DNA from: a virus
Reading direction: 5' to 3' (one strand)
Length of the DNA stretch: 64,000 nt
Virus record (IMG/VR): IMGVR_UViG_3300017598_000768
Location: 1 to 64,000 of that record
Part shown: positions 18,994 to 28,734 of the stretch, in pieces
How positions within the stretch are numbered: the stretch's first letter is position 1
How the letters are laid out: the number at the start of each line of letters is the position of its first letter
Made by a program: the position numbers and the translations under genes
Notes under the pieces: model-generated
Told to the model about the DNA's origin: nothing
What the model saw: only the letters and a program-made list of their open reading frames with translations
Database searches by the model: none

Positions 18994-19533
18994 CTATTTT
19001 GCAATCGCTTGCAAATCCTTTCTGAACTTCTTCAACACCTGTTCTTCGTATTTCAGCAGCGGTCTGAGACGCGCCTTCGGGTTATGGAAATGGAATCCGA
19101 AATCAGCCAGAGCATACGCTACAAACTCATCGTGCTTCTTGAACTCCACCTTGAATTTTTTATACACAGCAACAGGGATCATGTCTTTCTTCAGATCTCC
19201 TCTGCCTGATATCCACTTCTTAATTACTCCACTTCCAACGACAGTCGGATGCTTGCCGGTCCATCTCCACAACACCAGCTTCACTATCCCGCCAAGCTCT
19301 GCCAGCGTCGCCAGGCTTGACTTCTTCGGGCTGATCCCATACGCATAGTCTTCTATGAAAAAAATATCTCCTTTGGCGCTGTTCTTCCGGATCTCATCGG
19401 CAATCTGAAACGATCGTTCTGTTATATTCCCACAACCCGGACTCGTACCAAACCACCAATGCTCATGGTCGTCGTTTGCCAGCCTCACCATTCCGGTTCC
19501 GGTTAACGACAAATCAAGACCTACTATTCCCAT
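18994..19533 (-). CDS. RuvC-like Holliday junction resolvase
   Basis: IVGLDLSLTGTG, FIEDY, LAELGGIVK, IKKW..G.G...K. Confidence 0.8.
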   Translation of the reverse strand: MGIVGLDLSLTGTGMVRLANDDHEHWWFGTSPGCGNITERSFQIADEIRKNSAKGDIFFIEDYAYGISPKKSSLATLAELGGIVKLVLWRWTGKHPTVVGSGVIKKWISGRGDLKKDMIPVAVYKKFKVEFKKHDEFVAYALADFGFHFHNPKARLRPLLKYEEQVLKKFRKDLQAIAK

Positions 19534-19550
19534 CCCAACTCCTTCCCCTG

Positions 19551-20426
19551 TCATTTACTGAAACAAATCTTCTTGCAAGGGCATGTGTTCGCCCGCCAAC
19601 ATCCTTTATTCCTCTCACACTCTCTGTGCTTCGGAGGCAAATTCTTCGGGTAACTTGCTATCCCCTTCTTGTAGAGAATCAGCTTGGCTTTTATTCTGCC
19701 AATCAGGTGCGGATCTTTCTGCACAGGGAACATCTTCATCGGAAACAGATCTGAATGCTCCATCTTGGATATATACAGTACGTATCCAACTTCGTCATCA
19801 ATCTCCACCGGCATGTTCTTACATTTATTTGCTGCCCACATATACGTCTGTATCTGCCACATGTGCGCTATCATTGGAGCTTTCAGCGACGGGAACGCGT
19901 TGCCGGTGATCGTTTTGATCTCCGTAACACGATGCTTCTTTCGCAGCAGGAACATATCTGGGTGCCCGGTCACGATCATCCCATTCTCGTCTACCTCCAG
20001 ATAATGCTCCTTATACTCCGACGCCTTTGCATTCGCTCCACACGAGCATTTACGCTTCGGCGGACCTCCAAAAAATCGGACAGTCCCGCATGCCAAGCAT
20101 TTCCACCATCCATATCTACGATCCCCAAACACATCCGGCGTATTCTGAATCCAATAATGGACGGCTCCTCCTATGCCATAAGTCAGTCGACCTTTGAAAT
20201 TCACCCGCTGGTAGCGTTTGTATCGCTCCTTCGTCCCAATCACATGCATTCGGATGCAGGCATCATACAGCGAGGATGCTCTCGGAGCACGAATCAAATT
20301 CCTCTCCTCCTCCGGAGCAATATCGACCAGCGAAGCTGCTATGGCTTCGGGGTTTCCGCTCTCCTCGATCTCATCAAGCGCCTTGCCTCCTCGCCTGAAC
20401 CTAACCGCTCGCGTCACAAATGACAA
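19551..20426 (-). CDS. Cas4-like PD-(D/E)XK exonuclease
   Basis: RASSLYDAC, TGHPD, EIKT, QIQTY, C-terminal Cys cluster. Confidence 0.75.
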   Translation of the reverse strand: MSFVTRAVRFRRGGKALDEIEESGNPEAIAASLVDIAPEEERNLIRAPRASSLYDACIRMHVIGTKERYKRYQRVNFKGRLTYGIGGAVHYWIQNTPDVFGDRRYGWWKCLACGTVRFFGGPPKRKCSCGANAKASEYKEHYLEVDENGMIVTGHPDMFLLRKKHRVTEIKTITGNAFPSLKAPMIAHMWQIQTYMWAANKCKNMPVEIDDEVGYVLYISKMEHSDLFPMKMFPVQKDPHLIGRIKAKLILYKKGIASYPKNLPPKHRECERNKGCWRANTCPCKKICFSK

Positions 20427-20916
20427 CGTTCTCCTCCGTATAAAATTCGTGCCTCAACACCCAAGGAATTACAAGTACTGGGACATGCCTATTTCTCATT
20501 CTGAACGCCTCAAGCTTCTTTCTCGCACCAATCCACCACACGCCCTTAACCTCTACCACGCATTTATGATCTGGCAACCAGAAATCAGGAGACCACCATT
20601 TATCTACTCCGATCATAAACTCCCACATTTCGTACTGGAACCGTATTCCGCTTTCATGCATCCACTCCGCAACGTGCATCTCAAAAAACGACCGGAACGA
20701 CATACCCAGCAGTTCTGAGTAGCAGTGATCGGGCCTGCTTAACTGGCATGATACCATCGGGGACGGAGTCGGCTGGCACTGCCGTGCTCCACTCTTCTCC
20801 ATCCACTTGAGAATGCATTTCTTGCAGCAGACAAAAGCTCCGTGATCTAAATACTTCCACTCTCCCTTTGGGACACGTACAAACTGTTCGCAAATCACAC
20901 ACGCAGACGACGCCAT
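20401..20916 (-). CDS. PD-(D/E)XK endonuclease (T7 endonuclease I-like) with N-terminal Cys motif
   Basis: FRSFFE, FQYE, PDFWLPD, VEVKG. Confidence 0.75.
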   Translation of the reverse strand: MASSACVICEQFVRVPKGEWKYLDHGAFVCCKKCILKWMEKSGARQCQPTPSPMVSCQLSRPDHCYSELLGMSFRSFFEMHVAEWMHESGIRFQYEMWEFMIGVDKWWSPDFWLPDHKCVVEVKGVWWIGARKKLEAFRMRNRHVPVLVIPWVLRHEFYTEENVVICDASG

Positions 20917-20924
20917 CTGACCTC

Positions 20925-22022
20925 CTATTTGGACAATCTCGCTTTCGCTCTGTTTATAATTTCAAGCTGGGTTCTGAATTTCTCATCTGGCATCTTCTTC
21001 CACAACGTCTGGATGTCAGCAAGTCTCTTGGCTTTCTTCCCGAAATACATATAAACTTTGCCCTTCTTTTCTATTACCCCATACGTCTTGGCATAGTTCA
21101 GCACTGAGGCATAGTCGTCTATATCACCAGAATTCAAATCAAGCTCTGGTATGTTTTCGCGGATTCGAACATACTCCCCAACTCCAGCCAGCGTCAACAC
21201 CTTAGTTTTTCGGATCGAAAACGAATGCCGTTGAGCAACCGCAAACTTGCGCTTGGTATCGTAAAACTTCTTCTTGTCTGTGTCTGTCAACGCCTTCTTC
21301 ACACACCGAAACAACAATGAGAACTCGTGCTGAAGGCCCTTCCCTCCAGGCATCGTCTCCGGATCTCCATACACGTTCATGATCTTCATTCTAATCTGGT
21401 TCGTGAACAGGACAGCGCACGGGTGATCTCTCTTCCTTTCTCTGGTGAGCCTCTGCTTCAACTTTCTGACAAGACGCGTAATCATTCGGGCTTGCAGACC
21501 AATGAAATCCTGCTCTGCATCGGCCTCCATCTCTGACGCTGGAGTCAACGCCGCGAGCGAATCTATAACCAACAGTCCGCAGTCGTCTGCGCGAAGCGAT
21601 GACTCCGCAATGTTCGCATATTGCTCTCCGTAGTCCGCCAAAACTATATACATCCCCTTCGGATCTGCGCCAATCCTCTCCGCCCACCCTTCATCGAGTG
21701 TGCCTTCTGAGTCAAGCCAAGCCGCCCCCATTCTCGTCGTTTTAGTCGAGCAGGTGCAGTACTTCGCCGGATTGAAACACTTCCAACACATCCCTTTTGC
21801 TGACTTCACCGTGTTCAGCGCAAGACTTGTCTTACCGCCAGCCTCCGGACCCCATGTACAGGTAGTCGCCCATATCGGCAGCCCTCCTCCACTGGAGTAG
21901 TCGACAGAAAAGACGCCAGTAGGCAGCCTCGGTGGATCGCGCCTTTTATCTGTTCCTCTGAACATTGTCCCTTGACCACACTGCTCGTTCACACTTTGCA
22001 TCAGCTGTGCCATTTTCGTCAT
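20925..22022 (-). CDS. recA: RecA/UvsX-like recombinase
   Basis: PTGVFSVD..GGGLP, GPEAGGKT, DSEG, VIDSLAAL.P..E, GLQARM, FTNQIR.KI..YGDPET.PGG. Confidence 0.9.
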   Translation of the reverse strand: MTKMAQLMQSVNEQCGQGTMFRGTDKRRDPPRLPTGVFSVDYSSGGGLPIWATTCTWGPEAGGKTSLALNTVKSAKGMCWKCFNPAKYCTCSTKTTRMGAAWLDSEGTLDEGWAERIGADPKGMYIVLADYGEQYANIAESSLRADDCGLLVIDSLAALTPASEMEADAEQDFIGLQARMITRLVRKLKQRLTRERKRDHPCAVLFTNQIRMKIMNVYGDPETMPGGKGLQHEFSLLFRCVKKALTDTDKKKFYDTKRKFAVAQRHSFSIRKTKVLTLAGVGEYVRIRENIPELDLNSGDIDDYASVLNYAKTYGVIEKKGKVYMYFGKKAKRLADIQTLWKKMPDEKFRTQLEIINRAKARLSK

Positions 22023-22342
22023 GCTTCCCCCGCCTCATCAGTTAGCCTTGCCACTTCAGCATCTGTCATACGGTCAACCATCTTCCTCACCTGTTTCCAT
22101 ACGTCTTCTACCTCCTCAACATAGCAGGGGCACGTGACCATAACATCAACTCTCACGTTCGCATAAGGTTCGGTCGGAATCGTTGCTCCGTACTTAACTG
22201 ACACTGTGGCTGTTTCAGTTAAAAACGGTCGTATCTTGATTTTCTTCTGTCTCGACTTCTGCTGCTCTCCGGCTTTTCTATCAAGAAGCGTCGTCGTAAC
22301 TATCAGATCTGCTTCTTTCTCCGAATACTTTTTCTTCGTCAT
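22019..22342 (-). CDS. hypothetical protein
   Basis: GGAGGTG RBS; GATIPTEPYANVRVDV. Confidence 0.65.
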   Translation of the reverse strand: MTKKKYSEKEADLIVTTTLLDRKAGEQQKSRQKKIKIRPFLTETATVSVKYGATIPTEPYANVRVDVMVTCPCYVEEVEDVWKQVRKMVDRMTDAEVARLTDEAGEA

Positions 22343-22344
22343 TG

Positions 22345-22779
22345 TCACCTCCACCGATCATATAGCCATGCGGACAGATCTCTTATCTTCCAGCTGCTAT
22401 TGGAATCATACAATCTGAACGCTTCTATAATTAAATTATACTGCTTGACTGAGTACAGCCGCCAGCCAGAGGCGAGCCAGTGAGTCGCAGGCGGTATTAC
22501 TCTCGTTCGCTGGTACTCTGCAACAGTCGGTCCTGCTCTTCCAATCGCCTTGGCAACAGCTCCTCTTGTGTAAAACCTTACACCGCTCTTCGATATTACA
22601 ATACACCTATCCCTCGGCGGCTTCCTGCGCCTCTCGTCATAATCGCGCGTCTGTTCGAGGCACTTCTTCCTGTACTCCACATCTTCTTTATACCGCTTTC
22701 GACGGGCTTCGTTTCGAGCGGCCTTGTTATTCTTCCACCACTGCTGGAAATACGTCATCCCTTCATCAGAACTTCCCAT
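22345..22779 (-). CDS. MerR-like HTH protein
   Basis: YTRGAVAKAIGRAGPTV..YQ...VIPP...SGWRLYS. Confidence 0.7.
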   Translation of the reverse strand: MGSSDEGMTYFQQWWKNNKAARNEARRKRYKEDVEYRKKCLEQTRDYDERRRKPPRDRCIVISKSGVRFYTRGAVAKAIGRAGPTVAEYQRTRVIPPATHWLASGWRLYSVKQYNLIIEAFRLYDSNSSWKIRDLSAWLYDRWR

Positions 22780-24142
22780 CTCTTCTCTCCGTAATTGTCA
22801 ACCTCCCGCGCCTGTATTTCCTGAGCCTTTTGTCCCCCCAGCCAACAGAATCTTTATACGCCATATCGATAATATCAATTACAACCGGCTCTTTCTTGTC
22901 AGGGAACAGCCTTTCAATTCTCCCTTTTGACTGAGCTACTTCAGACTGCGGAGTCGCATACACCAACGCTGCCAGTTCAGGGATGTCAGTTCCAAGCGCC
23001 ATCATTCCGTATGTCGCAAAGATAATATTGCAATCGCTTGCAACGCGAGTCCTTTCTTCCTCACTAACTTTCAGCTTTTTGCTTCCGGTATCAAGCGAGC
23101 TTGTGTAGAACCCAATCTCTTCTTTATCAATACCATGAAGCTTCTCCATCATGGCAGCAAGCATCCACAACTGATGCGTCCTGTCTGACAAGATCACCTG
23201 TTTACGGTCAGACCTATAAATAAGGTTGATGTACTTGCACAACAGCATATTACGCTCTGTGCTGTTCGCAAGGAGCGACAGGAGCATGCCTCTTCGGTTC
23301 AGTCGCTTAGACCCTCCATGCAGATAGCCTGAGTTCTTCGAATACTTGTGGACTATCACCTGCGGAATCATTCTCGCATCATCCTGACCAGACAGCATGC
23401 ACTCACCCATGTGCTTCTGGAACACCACGTGCAGACCATCCGGCCTTCGTAGCGTAGCCGACGCTCCTATCCTTATTCTGCTCGGAAACATTTCAACTAC
23501 CGGGCAAAAAGTCTTTGGAGGGACTGATCTATCTACCTCGTCAAATATAGCTACTCCAAGTACCTCCTTCAACTCATCTTCATATCTGCCCAGCGCCAAC
23601 GTGTGAACCAGACCGACGATTATTTTTGCGCCTTTCCATCTCATCTTCGTTCCTGAGATTATCCCAATATCACCTCGTCTTATATTGGTATGCTCGATAA
23701 TTCTCTCGATCCACTGACCCACCAGATTCGACCTCGGCACTACTACAATTGCAGTTCGTCCTACAATCTGCGCCATTTTCAGCAACAAGACGGTCTTACC
23801 AAATCCGGGCGGGGCTTGGAGTATAAACCCGGTTCGCCCGGACTCAAAATTCCGTCTAAACTTCTCGGCGAGTCTGTCCTGTTCCTCTCTAAGAACTGAG
23901 GTAAATCGGAACTTCGCAACGTTTCCACCAGATCGTTTATCAACCAGCTTCTCTGCTTCCAGTTTCCTCCAATGACATAGAGGCACCCCGAACATCTTAC
24001 TGGTTTGCTTCCACAGCACGACATCCGTAGCATCTTCATACTTGCCGCTGATCGTCAGGCCCCTCTTCTCTGCTTCAATCGACCGTACTTCTCCTTTCGG
24101 CACCCAACACATATCGTAAAGCAACGCTCTGCTGAAAATCAT
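22766..24142 (-). CDS. superfamily 2 (DEAD/DEAH-like) helicase
   Basis: APPGFGKT, FDEVD, GASAT, GTDIPEL, QSKGRIER. Confidence 0.88.
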   Translation of the reverse strand: MIFSRALLYDMCWVPKGEVRSIEAEKRGLTISGKYEDATDVVLWKQTSKMFGVPLCHWRKLEAEKLVDKRSGGNVAKFRFTSVLREEQDRLAEKFRRNFESGRTGFILQAPPGFGKTVLLLKMAQIVGRTAIVVVPRSNLVGQWIERIIEHTNIRRGDIGIISGTKMRWKGAKIIVGLVHTLALGRYEDELKEVLGVAIFDEVDRSVPPKTFCPVVEMFPSRIRIGASATLRRPDGLHVVFQKHMGECMLSGQDDARMIPQVIVHKYSKNSGYLHGGSKRLNRRGMLLSLLANSTERNMLLCKYINLIYRSDRKQVILSDRTHQLWMLAAMMEKLHGIDKEEIGFYTSSLDTGSKKLKVSEEERTRVASDCNIIFATYGMMALGTDIPELAALVYATPQSEVAQSKGRIERLFPDKKEPVVIDIIDMAYKDSVGWGDKRLRKYRRGRLTITERRDGKF

Positions 24143-24193
24143 ATTGCTCCTCAGTTGTAATTGAACTTGTACAGGTATGATTCGTTCTATCTG

Positions 24194-24952
24194 TTAACCG
24201 AGCAAGTCGTCTATAGACTCCGCTTCATCTTCTTCTTTACCTGCGCTATCGTCATCTTCACCTCCGGTGTCAAACGGAAGATCGTCATCACCAGTCTTAT
24301 CACCCTCCGCCCCTACCGGAGTTTCTCCGCCAGCCAGTTTCGTCAGGTCTTCAACACTTAACGGTGCAAAAATCTTCTCGTAGTCAAACGGATTCAACCA
24401 GTCGTCATTTTCCCCTTTGGGAATCAACTTCGACAGTGCCTTCTTTGTGAGACGTTTCAAGAACTCAAAGTCTTCACCAGTTGCTGCTTCTGTCTGCGTT
24501 GTGCCTCGGGCCATTTCATACGCACAGAACTTCAGGTTGTTGTCTCGCCGTTCGATCTGCTTCAACAGCCTCTGCCTGGCTCTGCCCTTCGCAACGAACA
24601 ACATCTTCTCATTCTGATGCATCGAACCGTCTGAACTCTTCCATTTTTTATGGTTGATCACAGTCCCGACCAGAATGAAACTCGGGTTTTCACCACCTTC
24701 GCAAAGCGGACAAGAATCAATCTCCTTGATACAAGTGAAATAATTTCTCCACTTGTTCCCGATCTTAATCGTATGCTCCCAGATAAAAAACTGCGGGTTA
24801 TCGAGGAACGTCAGTTTTGCAGCCGAATCATACTCCAACCAGAACCGCATCGGACCAGCCGCATCCCTTCTTGCCTTGGCTTCAGTGTCGACCTTCTGCG
24901 ACTCCTTCACCCCTTCTTTGCCTTTCTTAAACCACGCCTTCTTCTTAGCCAT
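24194..24952 (-). CDS. single-stranded DNA-binding protein (gp32-like)
   Basis: EH..TC..CPLC zinc motif, acidic C-terminal tail, position in the replication module. Confidence 0.7.
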   Translation of the reverse strand: MAKKKAWFKKGKEGVKESQKVDTEAKARRDAAGPMRFWLEYDSAAKLTFLDNPQFFIWEHTIKIGNKWRNYFTCIKEIDSCPLCEGGENPSFILVGTVINHKKWKSSDGSMHQNEKMLFVAKGRARQRLLKQIERRDNNLKFCAYEMARGTTQTEAATGEDFEFLKRLTKKALSKLIPKGENDDWLNPFDYEKIFAPLSVEDLTKLAGGETPVGAEGDKTGDDDLPFDTGGEDDDSAGKEEDEAESIDDLLG

Positions 24953-24965
24953 TTCATCCTCCTCT

Positions 24966-25982
24966 TTAGTTTAAAACTTTCATAAGATCTAAAGCTTCTC
25001 TCAATTGATCTCTACTCTCCAACTCCCCCGGATCGCTGCAACTCACATCGCTCCAATCAATACAATATATCCGTGCAGAATCTTTAAGGCTTTCAAAAAC
25101 TCGCTCCGACGCCTTTCGACCGGATACATCATCGTCGTATCCTGATATATAACTCGATCCTGCAAGCGCCTGTAATTGAGCAGTTGTGACATTCGAGGTA
25201 GACGACGCAACAACATTTGGGAATCCCAGTGTAACAAGCCTCAACGCTTCCATTTCAGCTTCAACCAACATCACCGGCTTCGACCAGTCAACAGCGAACA
25301 TATTAAACCAGACACCAGACCGCGTTAGGCTTGGAAACTTCATATCCTTGAAGTCAGGCCCCGCGATTTCTGGGCTCACAGTCCACATCCTCTTTGTCTT
25401 TCTGAGGCGTTCTCTGAGAATATACACTATCCCATTCACGTCGGTAAGCGGAAAGATTAGGCTGCTGTTATCGGCATTATACCGCACACGCGCTGAAAAC
25501 GCCGCCCACCTCGAAACTCCGCGTTCAAGTTCTAAAAAAGAAATACAACGTCTCCCTTCATAATCCTGCCCTTCCTGCAACAATGGATACTGCCGAACCA
25601 CTCTTTTATCCATCGGCACGTCTTTTTTCTTCGGCTTAGTCCAATCATCATACTTATCTGACGGCGTTATCTGCCTAACCGAATGGTTCTCTTCCAGCGA
25701 ATATACAGCCGCCGCCTCCCATGGATAACGGCCTGACAGGATATAAATATTATGAAGCAGCCTCGCCAGTGGCTGGGCCTCCGTTGTGCAACCAAAACAA
25801 TAGTAGATAGATCTGCCTTCGTCGGAAACAGTAACACCAAAACTCGGTCGCTTATCCTCGCCAGACTCATGTGTCCATGGAGCAAGGGGGCACTTCGCCC
25901 TTATCCACTCTTCGTCGTCTCGGATATCGTCCTCATCTATTCCTATCTCAAGCAGGAAATTTATTACGCCTCGTTTTCGCAT
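24966..25982 (-). CDS. DNA primase
   Basis: CPLAPWTH..D.RPSF..YCFGC zinc finger; TOPRIM LVEAEME, YDDD, DPGE. Confidence 0.85.
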   Translation of the reverse strand: MRKRGVINFLLEIGIDEDDIRDDEEWIRAKCPLAPWTHESGEDKRPSFGVTVSDEGRSIYYCFGCTTEAQPLARLLHNIYILSGRYPWEAAAVYSLEENHSVRQITPSDKYDDWTKPKKKDVPMDKRVVRQYPLLQEGQDYEGRRCISFLELERGVSRWAAFSARVRYNADNSSLIFPLTDVNGIVYILRERLRKTKRMWTVSPEIAGPDFKDMKFPSLTRSGVWFNMFAVDWSKPVMLVEAEMEALRLVTLGFPNVVASSTSNVTTAQLQALAGSSYISGYDDDVSGRKASERVFESLKDSARIYCIDWSDVSCSDPGELESRDQLREALDLMKVLN

Positions 25983-26250
25983 CTTCGAATCGTTCCTCTA
26001 CTTCATCGGCTTTGGTTTGCAAGCGCTTGCAAACACTGGTCCAGCGCCAGTCTTGAAATGCAAAAGTGGTTGCGCACCCCAAATGAGTTATACAAGTCTC
26101 CGTATTCCCCCGCTCATAATGCTTCAAAGCAGACAGGGCAAATGTCCAGAACACAATCGGACCGTACAACCACCACTTCTTCCACCTCCAATAAAAATGG
26201 AAATGGAAAAAATACATGCGCCAACCTACAAAATACAACAGCTTCACCAT
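25948..26250 (-). CDS. aromatic-rich hypothetical protein
   Basis: Only minus-strand ORF filling the gap; overlaps both neighbours. Confidence 0.4.
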   Translation of the reverse strand: MVKLLYFVGWRMYFFHFHFYWRWKKWWLYGPIVFWTFALSALKHYERGNTETCITHLGCATTFAFQDWRWTSVCKRLQTKADEVEERFEDAKTRRNKFPA

Positions 26251-26546
26251 TTCTTCTGCCTCCTAAAACGGATCGTCCTCACCAGCTCGTATTTCATTCT
26301 CTCCACATCTGCTTTGGTGAGTTGCAGCTTGGGAGAAGCTACCCCTTCTCCTGTAAGTGCCTGTACAGCCTTTATTGACTCTCTGAGGTTCACCCCAGCA
26401 ACACTTCCAGCCACCGCCGCATAACGAAACGCCTCCGCCATCTGGCTCATGGACATCCTTGACCTATCGACCGCTTTTTGCATCGCCTTAGCTAATGCTT
26501 TTGCATCTACATCAAGGTTAACATGTATTTTAATTTTAGTCGCCAC
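26244..26546 (-). CDS. hypothetical protein with C-terminal VRTIRF motif; partial tape-measure-like segment
   Basis: SQMAEAFRYAA.AGS.AGVNLRES resembles TP901 tape-measure repeats. Confidence 0.55.
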   Translation of the reverse strand: MATKIKIHVNLDVDAKALAKAMQKAVDRSRMSMSQMAEAFRYAAVAGSVAGVNLRESIKAVQALTGEGVASPKLQLTKADVERMKYELVRTIRFRRQKKW

Positions 26547-26811
26547 CTTTCTTAAACCTTATCGTTCGTACCGGCTCCCTAAGCTTCGGTAGTTTCACAT
26601 TGCTCACAACTGCAACAACGCCGTCTTTCAACGGACTATTACCGCACACCATCAAATGCTCTCGCATTACAGGAATGATAATCTCCCTTAACACCATCTC
26701 CAATAAGTCTTCTTCTGACGGTATCGTATTCAACGCCAACGCCTCATCAAATTCCCCAATCGCTGCTCCGCGACCCTCAATCACTTTTCTGTTTCTTATA
26801 TTAGAAGTCAT
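26536..26811 (-). CDS. hypothetical protein with C-terminal VRTIRF motif
   Basis: AGGAG RBS, overlaps the helicase stop. Confidence 0.6.
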   Translation of the reverse strand: MTSNIRNRKVIEGRGAAIGEFDEALALNTIPSEEDLLEMVLREIIIPVMREHLMVCGNSPLKDGVVAVVSNVKLPKLREPVRTIRFKKGGD

Positions 26812-28054
26812 AGTCCGTTACTCCTACACCAACTCCGCGAACCACCGAATGCTGACTGATATTCATTCGATCCATGTCGTAGTGGATTCTGATCACTCCA
26901 CGCTCCCCCTCACGACCTTTCAACAATTCAAGCAGCTTGTATCCTTCAAGCTCCGCAGGATCATCCGGCTCTCCCTCATCTTCGATCCCAATAACCATAC
27001 TCGCAAGCTGACCGACAGCATCTGACAATGCAATATTCCCAAGGCTTCCCGGTCCCCTTCGGTTGAACTGATACGTTGCGATCACTGGGATCATAAACTC
27101 CGTTGCAATCTTCTTCAAATACTCTGCCGTCGACGTTACACGTTCCCAGTGCGACTCCTGACGCCCTGACGTTCTCAACATATAAGCGCCGTCGACATAA
27201 ACTATATGAGGTCTCGTTTCCCGAATTCTCAACACCAAGTCGTCGACAGTACTGGTGAGGGTTCCTTGCATAAAATAAAATGGATGAGTCGCTCCATCTG
27301 CAATATTCGCCAATGCGTCTCCGACGACCCTTCTACCCAACCACCCGACCTTGCCAATACGAATCAACGTGGCTGGTACATGCGATCGTAGAGCAAGAAT
27401 ACGTCGAACACACTGCTTGACCGGCATCTCCAGCGTCACTACCAGCGGGATTCTGCCATGGTTATACGCATTATTCGCGTTACTCAAGAGCAAATAGCTC
27501 TTTCCCATCCCTGGTCTACCTACCAGCGCCACCGTATCCCCTGGTTGAGCGCCATTGGATACATAATCGAGGTGCTCTATTCCAAACGGCACCCCATCTA
27601 TATAACCCTTTCTCCGTAGTTCATCGTGGTCGACAACCACCGCATCGGCTACATCCTTCAGCTGATGCAATCTTTCCTCCGGATGTCTCTCTTCGAGGCG
27701 CAGGTAAACATCTCGAACAGCAGTCCGAGCTTCAGCCACCTGCCCTTCCCTCAACAGCTCATCAACACGAGCATTCGCCTCCGACAGCATAAACGACTGA
27801 TGCCTCTGCTCAAATCTGTCTAACCAGTAGCCAATCGGTTCATCAGGGAAAGGCTGAATCACCACTCCGGTTTCTGCCTCTATGGTTTCAACCTCTGGCA
27901 AGCGACCGAACTGGATTACGTGCTCATTCATGTATTCGAACACAGGCTTCTCATCGCCCCTAAACAAATCCCCTGAAATTCCGTGCTCACCCAGCAGCGT
28001 CATAGGACTGCTATCCTGAACCATTCGTATTAAGAGCCCAAGACCTACACTCAC
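26801..28054 (-). CDS. DnaB-like replicative helicase
   Basis: GRPGMGKS, TLEM, VYVDGAY, LK.IA....IPVIATYQFNR, SD. Confidence 0.88.
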   Translation of the reverse strand: MSVGLGLLIRMVQDSSPMTLLGEHGISGDLFRGDEKPVFEYMNEHVIQFGRLPEVETIEAETGVVIQPFPDEPIGYWLDRFEQRHQSFMLSEANARVDELLREGQVAEARTAVRDVYLRLEERHPEERLHQLKDVADAVVVDHDELRRKGYIDGVPFGIEHLDYVSNGAQPGDTVALVGRPGMGKSYLLLSNANNAYNHGRIPLVVTLEMPVKQCVRRILALRSHVPATLIRIGKVGWLGRRVVGDALANIADGATHPFYFMQGTLTSTVDDLVLRIRETRPHIVYVDGAYMLRTSGRQESHWERVTSTAEYLKKIATEFMIPVIATYQFNRRGPGSLGNIALSDAVGQLASMVIGIEDEGEPDDPAELEGYKLLELLKGREGERGVIRIHYDMDRMNISQHSVVRGVGVGVTDYDF

Positions 28055-28056
28055 AA

Positions 28057-28734
28057 TTACACCTGTCCTTTCCTAATTGTCAGCTTGTCAATCTTTTTCG
28101 TTACTCCGAGAACATCAGCCTTCTGTTCTATAATCGCTGTCACACCAACTCCAAAACCGTTCTTGATGTCAGCAAAAACTTGCGAGACTGACTTTGCGCT
28201 GACTGCCTTTTCCGACAAAACTGGAAACATTGTCCTCGCATTCCTCAATCCCGCCCGCTTGCTCAACGTATTATAAAAACTTCCGGCATAGCTTAGACTC
28301 AACGCCCCTCCCTGCGTTATGCCATCCAAAACTAAAAATCCAGCATGTGTCAGCGAATGAACCGCCTCTCCAGCTGGATCAATTTCAAAATCATCACGTG
28401 GTAGCCTTGCTCGATAGAATCGTAACATATCCTCGACGGACGAATTGAACACTTTCATTCTCGTCGTGAGACAAACCGTTGACGGAACATAAATTGCAAG
28501 CGATTGCAAAAGCTCCAAACTATTACTCATTACAAGCAACCACGGCTTCGCCTTTTCCTTGAAAAAAGCGTCGAGCACCATGTCGATGCCCTTTTTTGTG
28601 CTATCGTCCGGCTCCACTTCTATTTTTTTAAGAGGATACCCTCTCTTGTACATCAAATCATACAGCCTGTCCTTCGTGAATTGGTTTCCTTTGAACTTCG
28701 ATGAGTCCCACGGATAAACATATTTACCAGTCAT
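28057..28734 (-). CDS. degenerate DnaC/IstB-like helicase loader (tentative)
   Basis: Between the initiator-like gene and the helicase; FLVLDG Walker-B-like motif but no Walker A. Confidence 0.4.
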   Translation of the reverse strand: MTGKYVYPWDSSKFKGNQFTKDRLYDLMYKRGYPLKKIEVEPDDSTKKGIDMVLDAFFKEKAKPWLLVMSNSLELLQSLAIYVPSTVCLTTRMKVFNSSVEDMLRFYRARLPRDDFEIDPAGEAVHSLTHAGFLVLDGITQGGALSLSYAGSFYNTLSKRAGLRNARTMFPVLSEKAVSAKSVSQVFADIKNGFGVGVTAIIEQKADVLGVTKKIDKLTIRKGQV

